A model generated the notes under the pieces. It saw only the letters and a program-made list of their open reading frames with translations, was not told the DNA's origin and did not search any database. From positions 199,082,001 through 199,146,000 of the forward strand of contig OZ024740.1 in assembly GCA_964016885.1 (NCBI GenBank): a DNA stretch of 64,000 nt, given 5' to 3'. The DNA comes from Eledone cirrhosa. Taxonomy: Eukaryota. This document shows positions 12,843 through 25,594 of this stretch, piece after piece. The position numbers were made by a program, and so were the translations under genes. How positions within the stretch are numbered: the first letter of the stretch is position 1; every line of letters begins with the position of its first letter.

Positions 12843-13404
12843 TGTGATGTCGAAGTTGTTAGAGGTATCGGCTCTGGTCCAATATTCGTTGTTGAACTCT
12901 AGGATGGTTTATATGCGGTGAGAATGATGTGAAGTTCATCTGTGGTGATGTCAGAATATTTAAGTGCGAAAGATAGAGCATTATTGAGAAGTGAAGGCGA
13001 AATAGAAGAATATTAGCTGGCAATATCAAATTGAACACATTTTAGTTTGTTTTTATTATTCAATTTGTTGAACCAGCTAATCACTTCAGAAGTACCAAAC
13101 CATAAATTTAGGTTCAAAGAAGAGCAATTAGAACGAACCTGTGGGATAATTCTATTCAAGATGGCTTTACTAACAACCCCCAGATCTGATTTAGAGGGGC
13201 GATTAATCTAACAGGTAGTTCAGTGCGAAAATTGTTTTTGTAATCCTTGAGATTTATCCTCGGAGTTCTTGGGAGGAATGGTTCTGTCTTTTTTTCAATG
13301 CCAAGTTTTGACATAATCTCAGAGGCTTCAAAGTTTATGTATTCTAAATTTTCATGGTTGGTTTTACGATATTTTTTTCCTAAGTTCCTAAAGGAACTTA
13401 GGCA

Positions 13405-15305
13405 TTGAAAGCATCAAAACTTGGCATTGAAAAAAAGACAGAACCATTCCTCCCAAGAACTCCGAGGATAAATCTCAAGGATCACAAAAACAATTTTCGC
13501 ACTGAACTACCTGTTAGATTAATCGCCCCCTCTAAATCAGATCTGGGGGTTGTTAGTAAAGCCATCTTGGATAGAATTATCCCACAGGTTCGTTCTAATT
13601 GCTCTTCTTTGAACCTAAATTTATGGTTTGGTACTTCTGAAGTGATTAGCTGGTTCAACAAATTGAATAATAAAAACAAACTAAAATTTGTTCAATTTGA
13701 TATTGCCAGCTACTATTCTTCTATTTCGCCTTCACTTCTCAATAATGCTCTATCTTCCGCACTTAAATATTCTGACATCACCACAGATGAACTTCACATC
13801 ATTCTCACCGCACGTAAAACCATCCTAGAGTTCAACAACGAATATTGGACCAGAGCCGATACCTCTAACAACTTCGACATCACAATGGGAGCATCCGATT
13901 CATCCCAATTGACAGATTTAATTGGTATCTTTATTTTGAACTCTTTGAGTTGTAAAATTCCTCAACTTCGCGGTGGAATTTATCGTGACGATGGACTCTT
14001 TACTATCTTAAATTGCAACATAGTTAACCTTAATATTATTAAGAACAACATACGTAATCTCTTTAACCAACATAACCTAAAATTGAATTTGATAACAGCA
14101 TCAAACTAGCTAATTTCTTGGATGTATCTCTTAATCTTGACACTGGCCTATATTACCCTTACCATAAAAACAATGAGAACCTAAATTATGTTAACTTTAA
14201 ATCTAACCATCCTACTAATATCAAGAATGCTATAGTTAGTAATATTGGAAAAAGAATATCTAACCTGTCTTCTAATAAAAACATCTTTGATGCTAACGCC
14301 AATTACTATAATAACGCGCTTTCTAAAGCCGGCTATCCTGATAAAATCAAATATAGTAAAGAAACAAATTCTAGAAGAAATTACAGTAGAATAATTAATC
14401 CTGATCATTCCAATAACTTTAATAAAAGACCTAGATACAAAAACATAATCTGGTATAATGCTCCTTTCTCCATCTCTATTAATAACAATATTCCTAAATT
14501 ATTCTTTAGCGCCTTAAATAAATGCTTCCCTCACTCACATATCTATAGTAAAATATTTAACAAACACACTATAAAATGTTCCTATTCTACATCCTCCAAC
14601 ATTTCCAACATTATTTCTAAACACAACAATAAAATACTAAATACTAAATCTCTTCCTTCCAACACTGAATATCATAATAATAGTACTCCCGACGTCATTG
14701 TAAACCCTAGGCTAATTTCTACAAACCCAAATACAACGTCAAACACAACTTCGCTAAATGTTCTTAATCCCATTCTAAATCAAGAAACTATTATTCCTAT
14801 CGCAAATAACTTCTCCAATCCAATTCCTTCTATAGATAACACTAGGTCACTCATTAATAATCTCTCTAATCGCAATTGCAATTGCCCTATTAAAAATAAA
14901 TGTCCTCTCAACAACCATTGTCTTGATAAAAACTTAATTTACGAATGTAAAGTTATAACTGACACCAATTCCTTCAACTATTTTGGTTCCACTTCCATCT
15001 CTTTTAAAGCTCGTCTTTATAACCATCATTCGTCTTTTAAATACAAACTTAAAAGAACCAACACGGCTCTTTCAGAACTCATATGGTCCTTGAAAGACAA
15101 AAATATTAAATATAGCATCTTTTGGAAGAACGTTTCTTCTGCGTCTTCATTATTGAACAGTTCTCTATCCAAACTTTGCAATCTCTGTCTAAATGAAAAA
15201 TTTACCATTATTACTAATTTAGATTCTATAATAAATAGACGCACTGACTTGTTTTCTATCTGCTTGCATAAATTCCATAAAACATTTCACAAAGTATACA
15301 GCTAA
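13405..15305 (+). pseudogene. PLE RT plus GIY-YIG, split by one frameshift near 14080
   Basis: FVQFDIASYY, TMGASDS and GIYRDD in ORF 13405-14109; thumb and endonuclease in 14118-15305. Confidence 0.9.
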
Positions 15306-16200
15306 TATTCAATTCTTTATCAATTTAGAATCTTTTTCTCAAATGCACACGTATATATATATATACACTTCTTTTAAAAATATACCCATTTTTCTACCTT
15401 ATTTCAAATGTTATTATACATTCTATAATACTTGTTACTCATTCTACATCGCTCCTATTTATCACTTCCCTTTTCTTCTCTTCTTCTTTTAATGTCTAAC
15501 CCCTAATCTGTACATTTTCTCACTCTTGCCTAATTATTCAATCAATTATTACATAATACATTACATTCTTACTCTATATCACCTTGTAAAAATCCTTCGT
15601 AAACATATATATTTTTTTGACGTTAGATTATTCATCCTCAATTCATTATTCTTTTCTCCCTTTCATCTAAATCATTCATGCTCATCTCACAATATTTCCT
15701 TACTTAAATAATCTGTATTTTCTTTTAATAATACATATCAACATTTTCTTAACATCGCACATATTATTAAACCCTTAAATATTATTCTCAATACATATTA
15801 ACATTTTCTTTTTCATCGCACATATTATCAAACCCCTCAATATACAAACCTTAACTTTACATTATTTTTCTCTTCGTTAATTTTCAAATTCTTTTAATTT
15901 ATACATTATCTTCCAACGGTTTTCAACCTCTCTATGTAAAACAATATATCTTTCTCAGTTATAAAAGCTATCTCTCTCTCTCTATCACCCATCTCTCCTC
16001 CTATCTCATCCTTCCTCATTATACTCCTCCTTCTCCACTTTTTACTCTCATCTCCTCCTCTTTTTTATCCTTTCCAACCCCCCTCCTCTAAATAAAATAT
16101 TTTTCCCAATATCACACATCAATCTAAAACTACTTCTCATATGTTGATTTAAAACTGAACTATCTACAAGTGTTTTTTAACCTTCATATCATGTCTTCCT

Positions 16201-16268
16201 GTTTTATCTGATGAAAACACAAATATTATTGTATGATGATATTTGTTTTTGAAATGCGCATAATAAAA
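16201..16268 (+). ncRNA. Hammerhead ribozyme in PLE-A right pLTR
   Basis: gttttat CTGATGA [long stem II] GAAA tgcgca TA ataaaat; palindromic stem III ATGCGCAT; AUA triplet. Confidence 0.75.
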
Positions 16269-16854
16269 TATATGGAACTCTTTTAACCATCTTTTGTTCT
16301 TATATATTATGTATACTCCAGTCCTACAAACTGTAGAGTGCTTCTTATCCGATATCTGCATTGCTTTATTGTACTACAATAAAACTCACCTCCTACATAT
16401 ATATATATATATATACACACATATTTGATTAATTGATTGTCTAAGGTGTAGGTACCGGGAAGAACACCGATCAGAGATGTCAGAGGTGTAATGCAGAGTG
16501 GGTGTATTTATTTCGCTAGCTACATTTTCTGGGTAACTAGCCGAAACCAATCGAGCTCGAGGTTGATCCGCTAATTTCTTTTATATATATATAATGTCAT
16601 TTTGTTAATTGTAATTTTATGACATATGTAATGAAAGACCGATTATTTTCAAAACGCCTGTACAACGTAGTAGAAAAACAGAAAGCAGATGTCGAAAAAT
16701 AAAATTGAACAATGTAATATTTTGCCCAGTGTATTTCAAGATATTTCCAATATTTTGGCAGTGAGGCCACCCATGTAATCATTTTATATAAACGATTTAT
16801 ATATATTTATATATGTTTTCTTATACACCCCTAGAATATATATATATATATAAA

Positions 16855-17650
16855 ATTGGTGAAATATATTTCTTATTTAAAGAAATATATACAAAGGAGA
16901 TTAATCATTTTAATCATTTGAAGTTCTAGTTAAACTTTAATTAGTTACCTACCTAGCTATGTGTGCTTACACACTTTACAAATTATTACCTGAGATTGTT
17001 TCATGTGTTTATTTTATATATATATATGTGTCAATCTATTTCTAGTTGATATAAAATACTCGGAACTATTCTTTGAGCCTATTCTGCAGTGAATATGGCG
17101 CATGTCTCTCAGATATGACAACCATACCTTAATTTGATTGTAGAGCTAATTCAGTTGAATGGACTCGGCTGCTATTTCTAGCTATCGATAATCCTATTCA
17201 CACCACTGGGATGACGCGATGCGACGTCTGTATATTTTATAAAATGCAACACGAGGTTCGAGTCATTCACAGATTTGCATTTGCTGTGTAAACACAGAAG
17301 GTTGGATCTTCTCCTTTGCTGACCATCCAAGATTTAACTGCTGTGATTTACGGATTAATTGGTGAAATATATTTCTTATTTAAAGAAATATATACAGAGG
17401 AGATTAATCATTTTAAAAGGTATCTACATTTGAAGTTCTAGTTAAACTTTAATTAGTTACCTAGCTATGTGTGCTTACACACTTTACAAACTATTCCTGT
17501 GATTGTTTCATATGTTTAGTTTATATATATATAAATGTGTCAATATATTTCTAGTTGATATAAAATGGTCGGAACTATTCTTTGAGCTTATTCTGCAGTG
17601 AATATGGCGCATATCTCTCAGACATGACAACCTTACCTTAATTTAATTTT
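16855..17650. repeat. Partial direct tandem duplication, ~500 bp period
   Basis: aattggtgaaatatatttcttatttaaag at ~16855 and ~17357; ~290 bp shared. Confidence 0.85.
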
Positions 17651-17700
17651 GGATATATTCATATACATATAAATACACACAGACACACACACACACACAC

Positions 17701-17740
<40 letters not shown>

Positions 17741-17744
<4 letters not shown>

Positions 17745-18155
17745 CTACTTTGGGAGGGTCATGTTGCCAATAAGAAACACACGCACCAGAGGCTATCACT
17801 TCAATTTACTATAATAAATTTATAAATTTATAAATTTCGGTTGGTTGGTTGGTTCCACAACCAGATGATTGTTTATATATTGTCAAAGTTGTTTCGTTAC
17901 ACATTCTGTGACTTCTTCAGTGAGTGGGGATTCTTTTCTTTTCTGCTTAGTTTGCGCATGTGTTACATCCGGGTGTCTGTGTGTGTCTATATTTGTTTAT
18001 TTATTTGTTTATCTACATGTTACTGGTTGGTTGTTTGTTCTATGTGCGTGTGTGTTTTCATTTTGTCCTTTATCGTAAGTTGTGATGTTGCTGTTCCATT
18101 CATGTTTTCTAATTAATTTTGGTTGGAGTTCATTTATATTTATTGCCTCTGTGAT
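17741..18155 (-). mobile_element. PLE lineage B 3' end (ORF C-terminus plus pLTR with HHR)
   Basis: Encodes [21 protein letters not shown]; HHR at 17881-17928; flanked by (TA)n on both sides. Confidence 0.85.
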
Positions 18156-18172
18156 ATATATATACATACATA

Positions 18173-18205
<33 letters not shown>

Positions 18206-18217
18206 GTATATATATTT

Positions 18218-18275
<58 letters not shown>

Positions 18276-18407
18276 CATATATATATATATATTACATATA
18301 TCGAGGGCGACCGGCTGAGGTTGAAGGAACAGAATAGCGGTCGCCCTCGGGTCCTCGATTTTCATACCCATGGATTTTATCTATTACATTCACGTATTAT
18401 ATTTCGA

Positions 18408-18465
18408 ATACCTGATGATGTCACCGGATTCATACGGAACCCGGTCATTGAAATGATCATAGTAT
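18408..18465 (+). ncRNA. Minimal type I hammerhead in a ~220 bp unit (18300-18520) inserted in (TA)n
   Basis: atac CTGATGA tgtcaccgg...ccggtcatt GAAA tgatca TA gtat, immediately followed by AATAAA. Confidence 0.75.
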
Positions 18466-18542
18466 AATAAACCTTTCAAGGATTTACACAAATCCAGCCT
18501 CCTGTCATTTCATTATAATATTATATATATACATATATATAT

Positions 18543-18638
<96 letters not shown>

Positions 18639-18652
18639 AAATATATATATAT

Positions 18653-18925
18653 ATCGTTTCTGAATTTGTTTAGCAAGAAACACAATGGCGTAGGACAGAA
18701 CAAAGGAGAGGCGCAAAAACAAAGAAAAGAATCCCCAGTCACTGAAGAGCTCACAGATGTGTGACGAAAGAACTTTGACAATATATAAACAACTATCTGG
18801 TTGTGGAACCAACCAACCAACCAGAAATTTTTAAATTCCTAAATTTATAAATTTATTATAATATATTGAAGTGAAAGGAACTGGTGCATGTGTTTCTTAT
18901 TGGCAACATGACCCTCCCAAAGTAT

Positions 18926-18931
<6 letters not shown>
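18653..18931 (+). mobile_element. Mini PLE-B insertion: inverted tail fragment joined to a pLTR with HHR
   Basis: 18653-18678 is the reverse complement of the tail at 47341-47367; gtca CTGAAGA gctcacagatgtgtgac GAAA gaac TT tgac (18738-18779); ends ataacaat|(AT)n. Confidence 0.8.
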
Positions 18932-18984
<53 letters not shown>

Positions 18985-18989
<5 letters not shown>

Positions 18990-19503
18990 ACGTATGGATT
19001 CACCGAACATTTATTATAATTCTCGGTGTGTTTGTAAACAAACATCCCGTATTAAGCCGTAGTGTCTAGCAACCATCGTTGCTCGTTTGTTCAACACGCT
19101 GTACTAGTTTCAAGCGTATTAGCTATTGTCAGGAACATATACCTTTCTGCCAGATTGTTGAACGTATATACTTACCTTATGCATATTAATGGCTGAGTAG
19201 CCCAATCTGCATATCGAGTGGGTTAATCGGCCGGGTGCACCGAAAACGATAAACAGAAAAATGAAACCAAATTTCATTTTCTACTCTTTGTACGGCTGTT
19301 ACTTAAATACAAGTATGTACCCGTACATACATATATGTATACAGAAGTACTACTGTACGTCTGAATACATATATGTATGTACGTGTACATACTTGTATTT
19401 AAGTAACAGCCGTACTAAGAGTGGGAAATGAAATTTCGTTTCATTTTTTCCGTTTATCGTTTTAGGTGCACCCGGCCGATTAACCCACTCGATATGCAAA
19501 TTG
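18985..19503. mobile_element. Inverted pair of the ~420 bp retrozyme-like family
   Basis: 18985-19350 is the reverse complement of the 53.3-54.4 kb unit (core mutated to CTGACAA); 19350-19503 is a forward partial unit, forming a hairpin centred at ~19350. Confidence 0.8.
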
Positions 19504-19521
19504 TATATACATATATATATA

Positions 19522-22500
19522 CTGTTATACTTGGGGAGGGTCATATTTGTGTAATATTGCCAGAATTAATAACAGAACACACTCACTGTTTGGTTGGTTT
19601 TCGCTTTTCGCTTCTGTGTCTTTTATATCGGTAATCTAATTTATTCGGTCCTCAATGTTGCCATTGACTGACCAACGGTCAAAAATAATACAGATACAAT
19701 ATAGACACAAACACATATATATAGTTCATCAAAGTTCTTTCGTTGCACATCTGCAACATCGTCAGTGGTGCTATAGACTCCTCCTGTTGCATTGTATTTC
19801 TACGCCATCTTTATTTAGTCTGTTTATATATTTATTTATTTATTTGTTTGTTTGTTTATTTTATTTTGTCTTCTTTGCGCATGCGTTTGCGTGTGTGTAT
19901 AGTGTTTTGTTTGATGTGTGTTCGTGATTGGGTGACTGTGTATTGGTTAATGTATTCTATGTTTACTAGTGTGTGTTTGTATGTGTTTGTTGTTATTGTG
20001 CTTGTGTATGTATTTATTTATTTATCTATTTATTTATTTATACTTCTCTTAGGTCAGTGTTGTTTGTTTGGGTGTTGTTGTTATTCCATTCATTTTTTTC
20101 TGTTTAGCCTTGGCTTTCTAAGCTCTATTTCACTGGCCTCTCTGATTTGTCTATCTGCTGGGTCATTTCTATGTTTATATATTATTCTAATTTCTATGTT
20201 GTCTATGTTACCGTCGTGTTGTCGTCTGGCATGTTCGTATAGTACTGATCCGTTTTTTCGTCCATTTAGTTCCCCCCAGCGTTGGTCTATCCTTTCACCT
20301 ATGCTACGAGCTGTCTCGCCTATGTATGTTGTTGTCGTGTTTCTGCAAGTACCATCTGTAAATCTTATGCTATAGACTACGTTCCTAGTTTTACATGTTT
20401 ATCCGGTGGTTTACCTTACATATGATACATTTCCTATTAGTACAGTGGGTTTTCTTAAAAGGGTAGGTTTTGCTGATCAGGGATTTTATGGTGGTTCCTG
20501 GCTTTTCTTCCACCTTAATCTTTAAGTGGGTCTTTCTCAGGGCCTTTCTACACTGGTTAGCTAATTTTCCTCCAGGGGTAGCATCCACAAACATGACACT
20601 CTGGTATCTCTGGTTGTCGTACCATGATGTGGCTTTCCCTATCTTATGTCTAGCCCTATCGAAGCTATTCCAGGATTTGCTCCTGTATAATGGGCAAATT
20701 CCTTTCCCACCATACCATAAAAAGATTGGCAACATCACCAGCTATGCTGACGCCAATGGCTGCTCCCTCATTTTGGGTGTAGATCTTCTCGTTGAACTTG
20801 AATATGTGGCCCTTTAGGGTAGTTTTGATATTAGCCCCTATTGCATGTGCGACCATTTTCTAACCTGATCATTGTTTTGGGGTGTCCGTATAGCTTTGGT
20901 CCACCCAATCCACCTTCCCATGGGAGTATTTTTTGCCATGGAGGTTATGGTGGGGGGTCAACCTCTTATGGGTCTACTAGGGCAGAAACGCCTAAGGTCA
21001 TGGCTGTCTAGGTAGTCAGTGTCGTAGGTAAGTCTAAGTAGGAGGCCCAGTTCGTCTGTGTCGACGTCGCAGAACTCCACCTCACTCTCAATGATCATCT
21101 CCACACATTTTTCCACAGCAAAATCAATGTTAATGGATGGGTACAGTGATACCACATCCATGCTGCCTACTAAGCAGTTGGATAGGTTCCTGTTTTTGTT
21201 GCACTTACTGATTCTGCTGAGGAGGTCCTCTGTACTGTCACATACATCTGGGGACATCTTGATTATGGGGCGTATAACCATCGAGAGGAAGTAGGAGATC
21301 CTTTAGTTGGTAGCTATATTAGCTCCGCATACGGGTCTTGTTGGTGGTCATGTTGTCGGGTCGTCGACTGTCTTGTGGTGTTGCTGAGCCCATACAAGGA
21401 TGGTATGCCATTGTTAGACGTCTGGAAGTTGTTGGCAGTGCGTCTGCTTGGCTTTAGGATGTCAGTCCACATCATCATGTGAGCGTTGAGGATTTTCTCT
21501 CTCCCATCATGTGTTTGCTGTGCAATCTCGCTCGTGTTGGTGATGTGGGGATGCATAGCCTTGATGTAGTTCGGCATGCTATCTATTGACATCCTACCCG
21601 ACTTATCCGTGGGTAGACATACTACCTCACCATTCCTTGTACGCTGCTTGAGGCTAACCAAGCCTTCTACAGGTTTCCTCCCCAGTTGTTGGGCCTCTGG
21701 TTTGCTCTGTCTCTTAATATACCGGTCTACTATTTGTCTAATCTTATTTCTAGCTATGGTGAACTGTGCCTCTGTCTCGTCATCTATTTGTTGTGGTATG
21801 CAAACTCTTTTATTAAAGGGAAACCTCGTAGGATAGATATTACCCATCTTATATGTTTTGTCAGCTGGGTTGAAAAATAGTTTCTCTAAGGGTTGTCATT
21901 ATATCTATCGTCATAGTTGTGTGTGTTGCTATTACTGTTATTATGGTGGTTGTTGTTGTTCCTATCATTAGCATTATTATTATTGTTATGATTGCTAGAT
22001 GTATTGTTGCTGCTGTGATTGTTGTTTACTTCACCTTTATTGTTGTTGTTACTGTTATTTCTACCATTGTGGTTGTTACTTTTATTATGTTTCTTGTTTT
22101 TGTTGTGTCTATCATTAATGTTGCTACATGTATTATTTCCATTATTACCACTGTGGTTGTTGTTGTTGTTGTTCGTATTGTTACCGTCATTACTACTGTG
22201 GTCGCCGCTGCTGTGTCTGTGGTTAATGTTTCTATTATTATTATTATTGTGGTTGTTGTTGTTGTTCTGTCTTTCTCACTCTCCTGCTATTGATATTGTT
22301 ATGGCTGTTATTTCTATACTCAGAGTTATTGTTTATATCACTACTACCGTTATTATTGTTGTTGTTGTTATTTACTTTTGCATTCAAACGTTTTTTTGTC
22401 AAACACTTTTCCATCTCCGTTTAGCACTCAATAGGGTTAATCTTTTTGTAGATGGCAAATTTTGGTGGAAGCTGCAGGATTTGAGGGGCCAGTGACATAA

Positions 22501-23168
22501 AACTTAGAAGGTCAAGACTAAACAGAAAGAATGAATGGAATAACAACAACACCCAAACAAACAACACTGACTTAAGAGAAGTATAAATAAATAAATAGAT
22601 AAATAAATAAATAAATAATTACATACACAAGCACAATAACAACAAACACATATAAACACAAACTAGTAAACATAGAATACATTAACCAATACACAGTCAC
22701 CCAATCACGAACACACATCAAACAAAACACTATACACACACGCAAACGCATGCGCAAAGAAGACAGAATAAAATAAACAAACAAACAAATAAATAAATAA
22801 ATATATAAACAGACTAAATAAAGATGGCGTAGAAATACAATGCAACGGGAGGAATCTACAGCACCACTGACGATGTTGCAGATGTGCAACGAAAGAACTT
22901 TCATAAACTATATATATGTGTTTGTGTCTATATTGTATCTGTATTATTTTTGACCGTTGGTCAGTCAATGGCAACATTGAGGACCGAATAAATTAGAATA
23001 CCGATATAAAAGACACAGAAACGAAAAGCGAAAACCAAACAAACAGTGAGTGTGTTCTGTTATTAATTCTGGCAATATTACACAAATATGACCCTCCCCA
23101 AGTATAACAATATTTGTTTCGACACACGATTTCTATAAAAAACCTCGCAAAACTAATTCATCACCGTT
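19522..23168 (-). mobile_element. PLE lineage B (subfamily 2): decayed ORF on minus strand with ~600 bp inverted terminal arms
   Basis: RT pieces PTDKSGR, GSMDVVSLYPSI, QNEGAAIGVSIAGDVANLFMVWWE; endonuclease YIGETARSIGERI. 19522-20125 mirrors 22503-23112. HHR cores CTGACGA..GAAA at ~19728-19770 (-) and ~22862-22905 (+). Confidence 0.92.
20080..22470 (-). pseudogene. Fragmented PLE-B RT/GIY-YIG ORF with Asn/Thr-rich low-complexity N-terminal region
   Basis: ORF pieces 21314-21847, 20958-21281, 20665-20856 and 20391-20738. The YVDD/thumb segment present in the 44-47 kb copy is deleted here. Confidence 0.85.
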
Positions 23169-23169
23169 A

Positions 23170-23218
23170 TATATATACTTATATATATATATATATACTA
23201 ATATACAAATATATATAT

Positions 23219-23315
<97 letters not shown>

Positions 23316-23334
23316 CATATATATACATATACAC

Positions 23335-23374
<40 letters not shown>

Positions 23375-23544
23375 ATATGTATATGTATATGTATATATAT
23401 ATGTATATATATATACATATATATATACATATACATATATATATACATATATTTATATACATATATATATACATATATATATATATAGACATATATATAT
23501 ACATATATATATACATATACATATACATATACATATACGAGAAA

Positions 23545-23590
<46 letters not shown>

Positions 23591-23624
23591 GTATATATAT
23601 ATGTATATATATATATAAGTATAC

Positions 23625-23717
<93 letters not shown>
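23170..23717. repeat. Long compound (TA)n/(TACA)n microsatellite
   Basis: Direct reading; one of several dozen (TA)n tracts in the window. Confidence 0.98.
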
Positions 23718-23718
<1 letters not shown>

Positions 23719-23729
23719 GTGGAAAAGTA

Positions 23730-24560
23730 AGAAATCGGAGAATAGACCGTTAAAACATGATTATTTAAAACACCACCTACGTACGTTTCGCCCAGTTGTG
23801 CTTCTCAAGGGCATGAATAACCAAAAGTGTTCCTTACATTGCTCGGAAATAGTTTTGGGGGTTAAATTCACGTCAAGGTTCATTGCTAGCAAAAATAGCT
23901 TGTTTTGATTTTGCAGCAGGTCAAGGGAGGTAACTCTGGCCGGTGTTAGAGCAGTCCTTCCCGGACAAATTTTTATCCGTTACAAGATGAGTTTACAACT
24001 TTACCATTGTCGATACGCTCAGGGTCATGTAACCAACGATTATTTTTCTGACGTTTACATCCCGCGCTTGTTTGTCTGGGTGGTTTGAGGCTGGGTCTGG
24101 TAAACATGGTTAGTTTCCTGGGTGTTATTTTGCAGCGTTTGCCCGCCGGGGTGTTAAAACTTGTTGCAGGGAGATCCGGTGCACGGTTTCACTCCTCATC
24201 CTTAACCGATCTGAAGAAGGATATTTTTAAGCGATGTGGACAACTTATCGCTGTTTCAGCTCTTCTGTTGATGAGCTCGTGGTATGCAGTTATGATGTGG
24301 TAGAGCTCCATGAGGCAAAGATCGCACTTCCTCTTGATGTTGTACGGTGCAGCCCTGCCGACAATATCCTAGTCCGTGGAAAAGCTGATGTTTAAGTCCT
24401 TTAGTGATGTGATATAGTCCACGAGCGAAGTGGAGTGTCTTAGTCTTTTATTTGTGAAAGAGTGGAGATGTGTTGGAAACCTAATTTTGAACGGGCCGGA
24501 GGTAGCCCCTATATAATATTTAACGCTATTATGGCTAGTTACAGTGCAAACCTTTCAGTA
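23730..24560 (-). mobile_element. 5'-truncated PLE (GIY-YIG plus pLTR), related to 3420-4655
   Basis: Minus strand reads KYYIGATSGPFKIRFPTHLHSF...KCDLCLMELYHII...CPH; HHR at 23772-23815. Confidence 0.85.
23772..23815 (-). ncRNA. Minimal hammerhead, U3-A8 variant
   Basis: gccc TTGAGAA gcacaactgggc GAAA cgtacg TA ggtg; palindromic stem III ACGTACGT; weak stem I. Confidence 0.6.
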
Positions 24561-24719
24561 GAATTGCTAGACCGAAATTGGTTATGTCGCATATCATTGA
24601 AGAGAGTTTTTGAAAGAAAAAAAAGATTCATAAAATCGACTAAATCATGACAGTTGCCCATTCTAATGACTGAAAATATATACAAAATAAATGTATAGCG
24701 ATATGAGATTTTCTTTTTC

Positions 24720-24990
24720 TTTTTCTTTGCCCACTTATTCCTAAGAGGGTCATGGATGCAGAGTCCTCAAAAGAATCAAGCGGGTCATATCAGAAGCAAC
24801 CGTATCCAACTCATCAGGCTGGATCCCCAAGCGTGACCAACCAAGCTCATGAATGTCATCCAACCATCTTGCTCGGCGTCTATCATTGGGTCTCTTGCTG
24901 TTTGGTTTGCCCGTAAAATCTGCCCAGTGATCCTTTCCTGGACGTTTTAACCACATGCCCATCTTATCAGAGCTGTGATCATTCAGCTCA
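24720..24990 (-). mobile_element. RTE-like LINE 3' fragment
   Basis: KRPNDRRRARWLDDIHELGWSRLGIQPDELDTVASD resembles RTE ORF C-termini; related copy at 28140-28410. Confidence 0.7.
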
Positions 24991-25388
24991 GGTTATTAAC
25001 ATTTGAAATATATATAGTAAAGTTTATGCGAAATTTTTCGCAAACTTCTCAGTCCTAACAAACTATTTTATTCAAATTAATCTTCCCACGTTCCATCTCA
25101 CTACAATTACTCCCCTCGAAATTAATGTACACTGAGAATAACACTCGTAAGAGTGAAATTATTATACTTAGAATGAATATCCAATAGTATATTATGATTT
25201 CCTGAATGTACTTGACGTTTAGAAATTAAGTCACGGTCCCACAGTTATCTGCACACAGTAGGTTGGGAGTGGTGGTAAATAGCGATCCATCTTATTTTGA
25301 AATTGGGAAGCACAACGGGTTCAAGTTAATACATGAACATTTAAAGCGAATTTTGTCAAGCGTATGTTGTAGTAATATAAAATATATA

Positions 25389-25578
25389 ATTGTTTCTACT
25401 TTTGGCACAAGGCCAGCAATTATTCCAGTGAATTACTGGTACTTTATTTTATCGACCCCGTAAGGATGAAAAGCAAAGTTAACCTCGGCGGGATTTGAAC
25501 TCAGAATGGCAAGGGCCCTAACTCTATGTGTCAAAGCATGTCGTCCGACCCTCTACTGATACTGCCAATCCACCACGC
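25389..25578 (-). mobile_element. SINE family 2 with ~22 bp target-site duplication
   Basis: B box (ggatttgaactc on + strand); TSD gtagtaatataaaat(a/g)tataat at 25369-25390 and 25579-25600. Confidence 0.88.
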
Positions 25579-25594
25579 GTAGTAATATAAAATG

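Larger units (their letters stand above)
10427..13390 (-). mobile_element. PLE lineage A, left arm of a 5.9 kb inverted duplication
   Basis: ORF 11412-12842 (MGASDS, IYRDD, NFLD, SNHP, CNC..CPL..CL, LIY..YFG); frameshifted RT upstream; 3' UTR with HHR ending at (TA)n. Confidence 0.95.
13391..16301 (+). mobile_element. PLE lineage A, right arm of the inverted duplication
   Basis: ORFs 13405-14109 and 14118-15305 are near-identical to the left-arm protein; 3' UTR mirrors 10427-11411. Confidence 0.95.

Noticed and set aside
21919-22495. Hydrophobic Val/Ile/Leu-rich membrane-protein-like ORFs
   Set aside because: They are the antisense reading of an (ACA)n-rich low-complexity tract within a PLE.
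19522-23112. TIR DNA transposon interpretation of the long inverted ends
   Set aside because: The interior encodes RT and GIY-YIG, the arms are copies of the retroelement 3' end with variable length, and there is no transposase.
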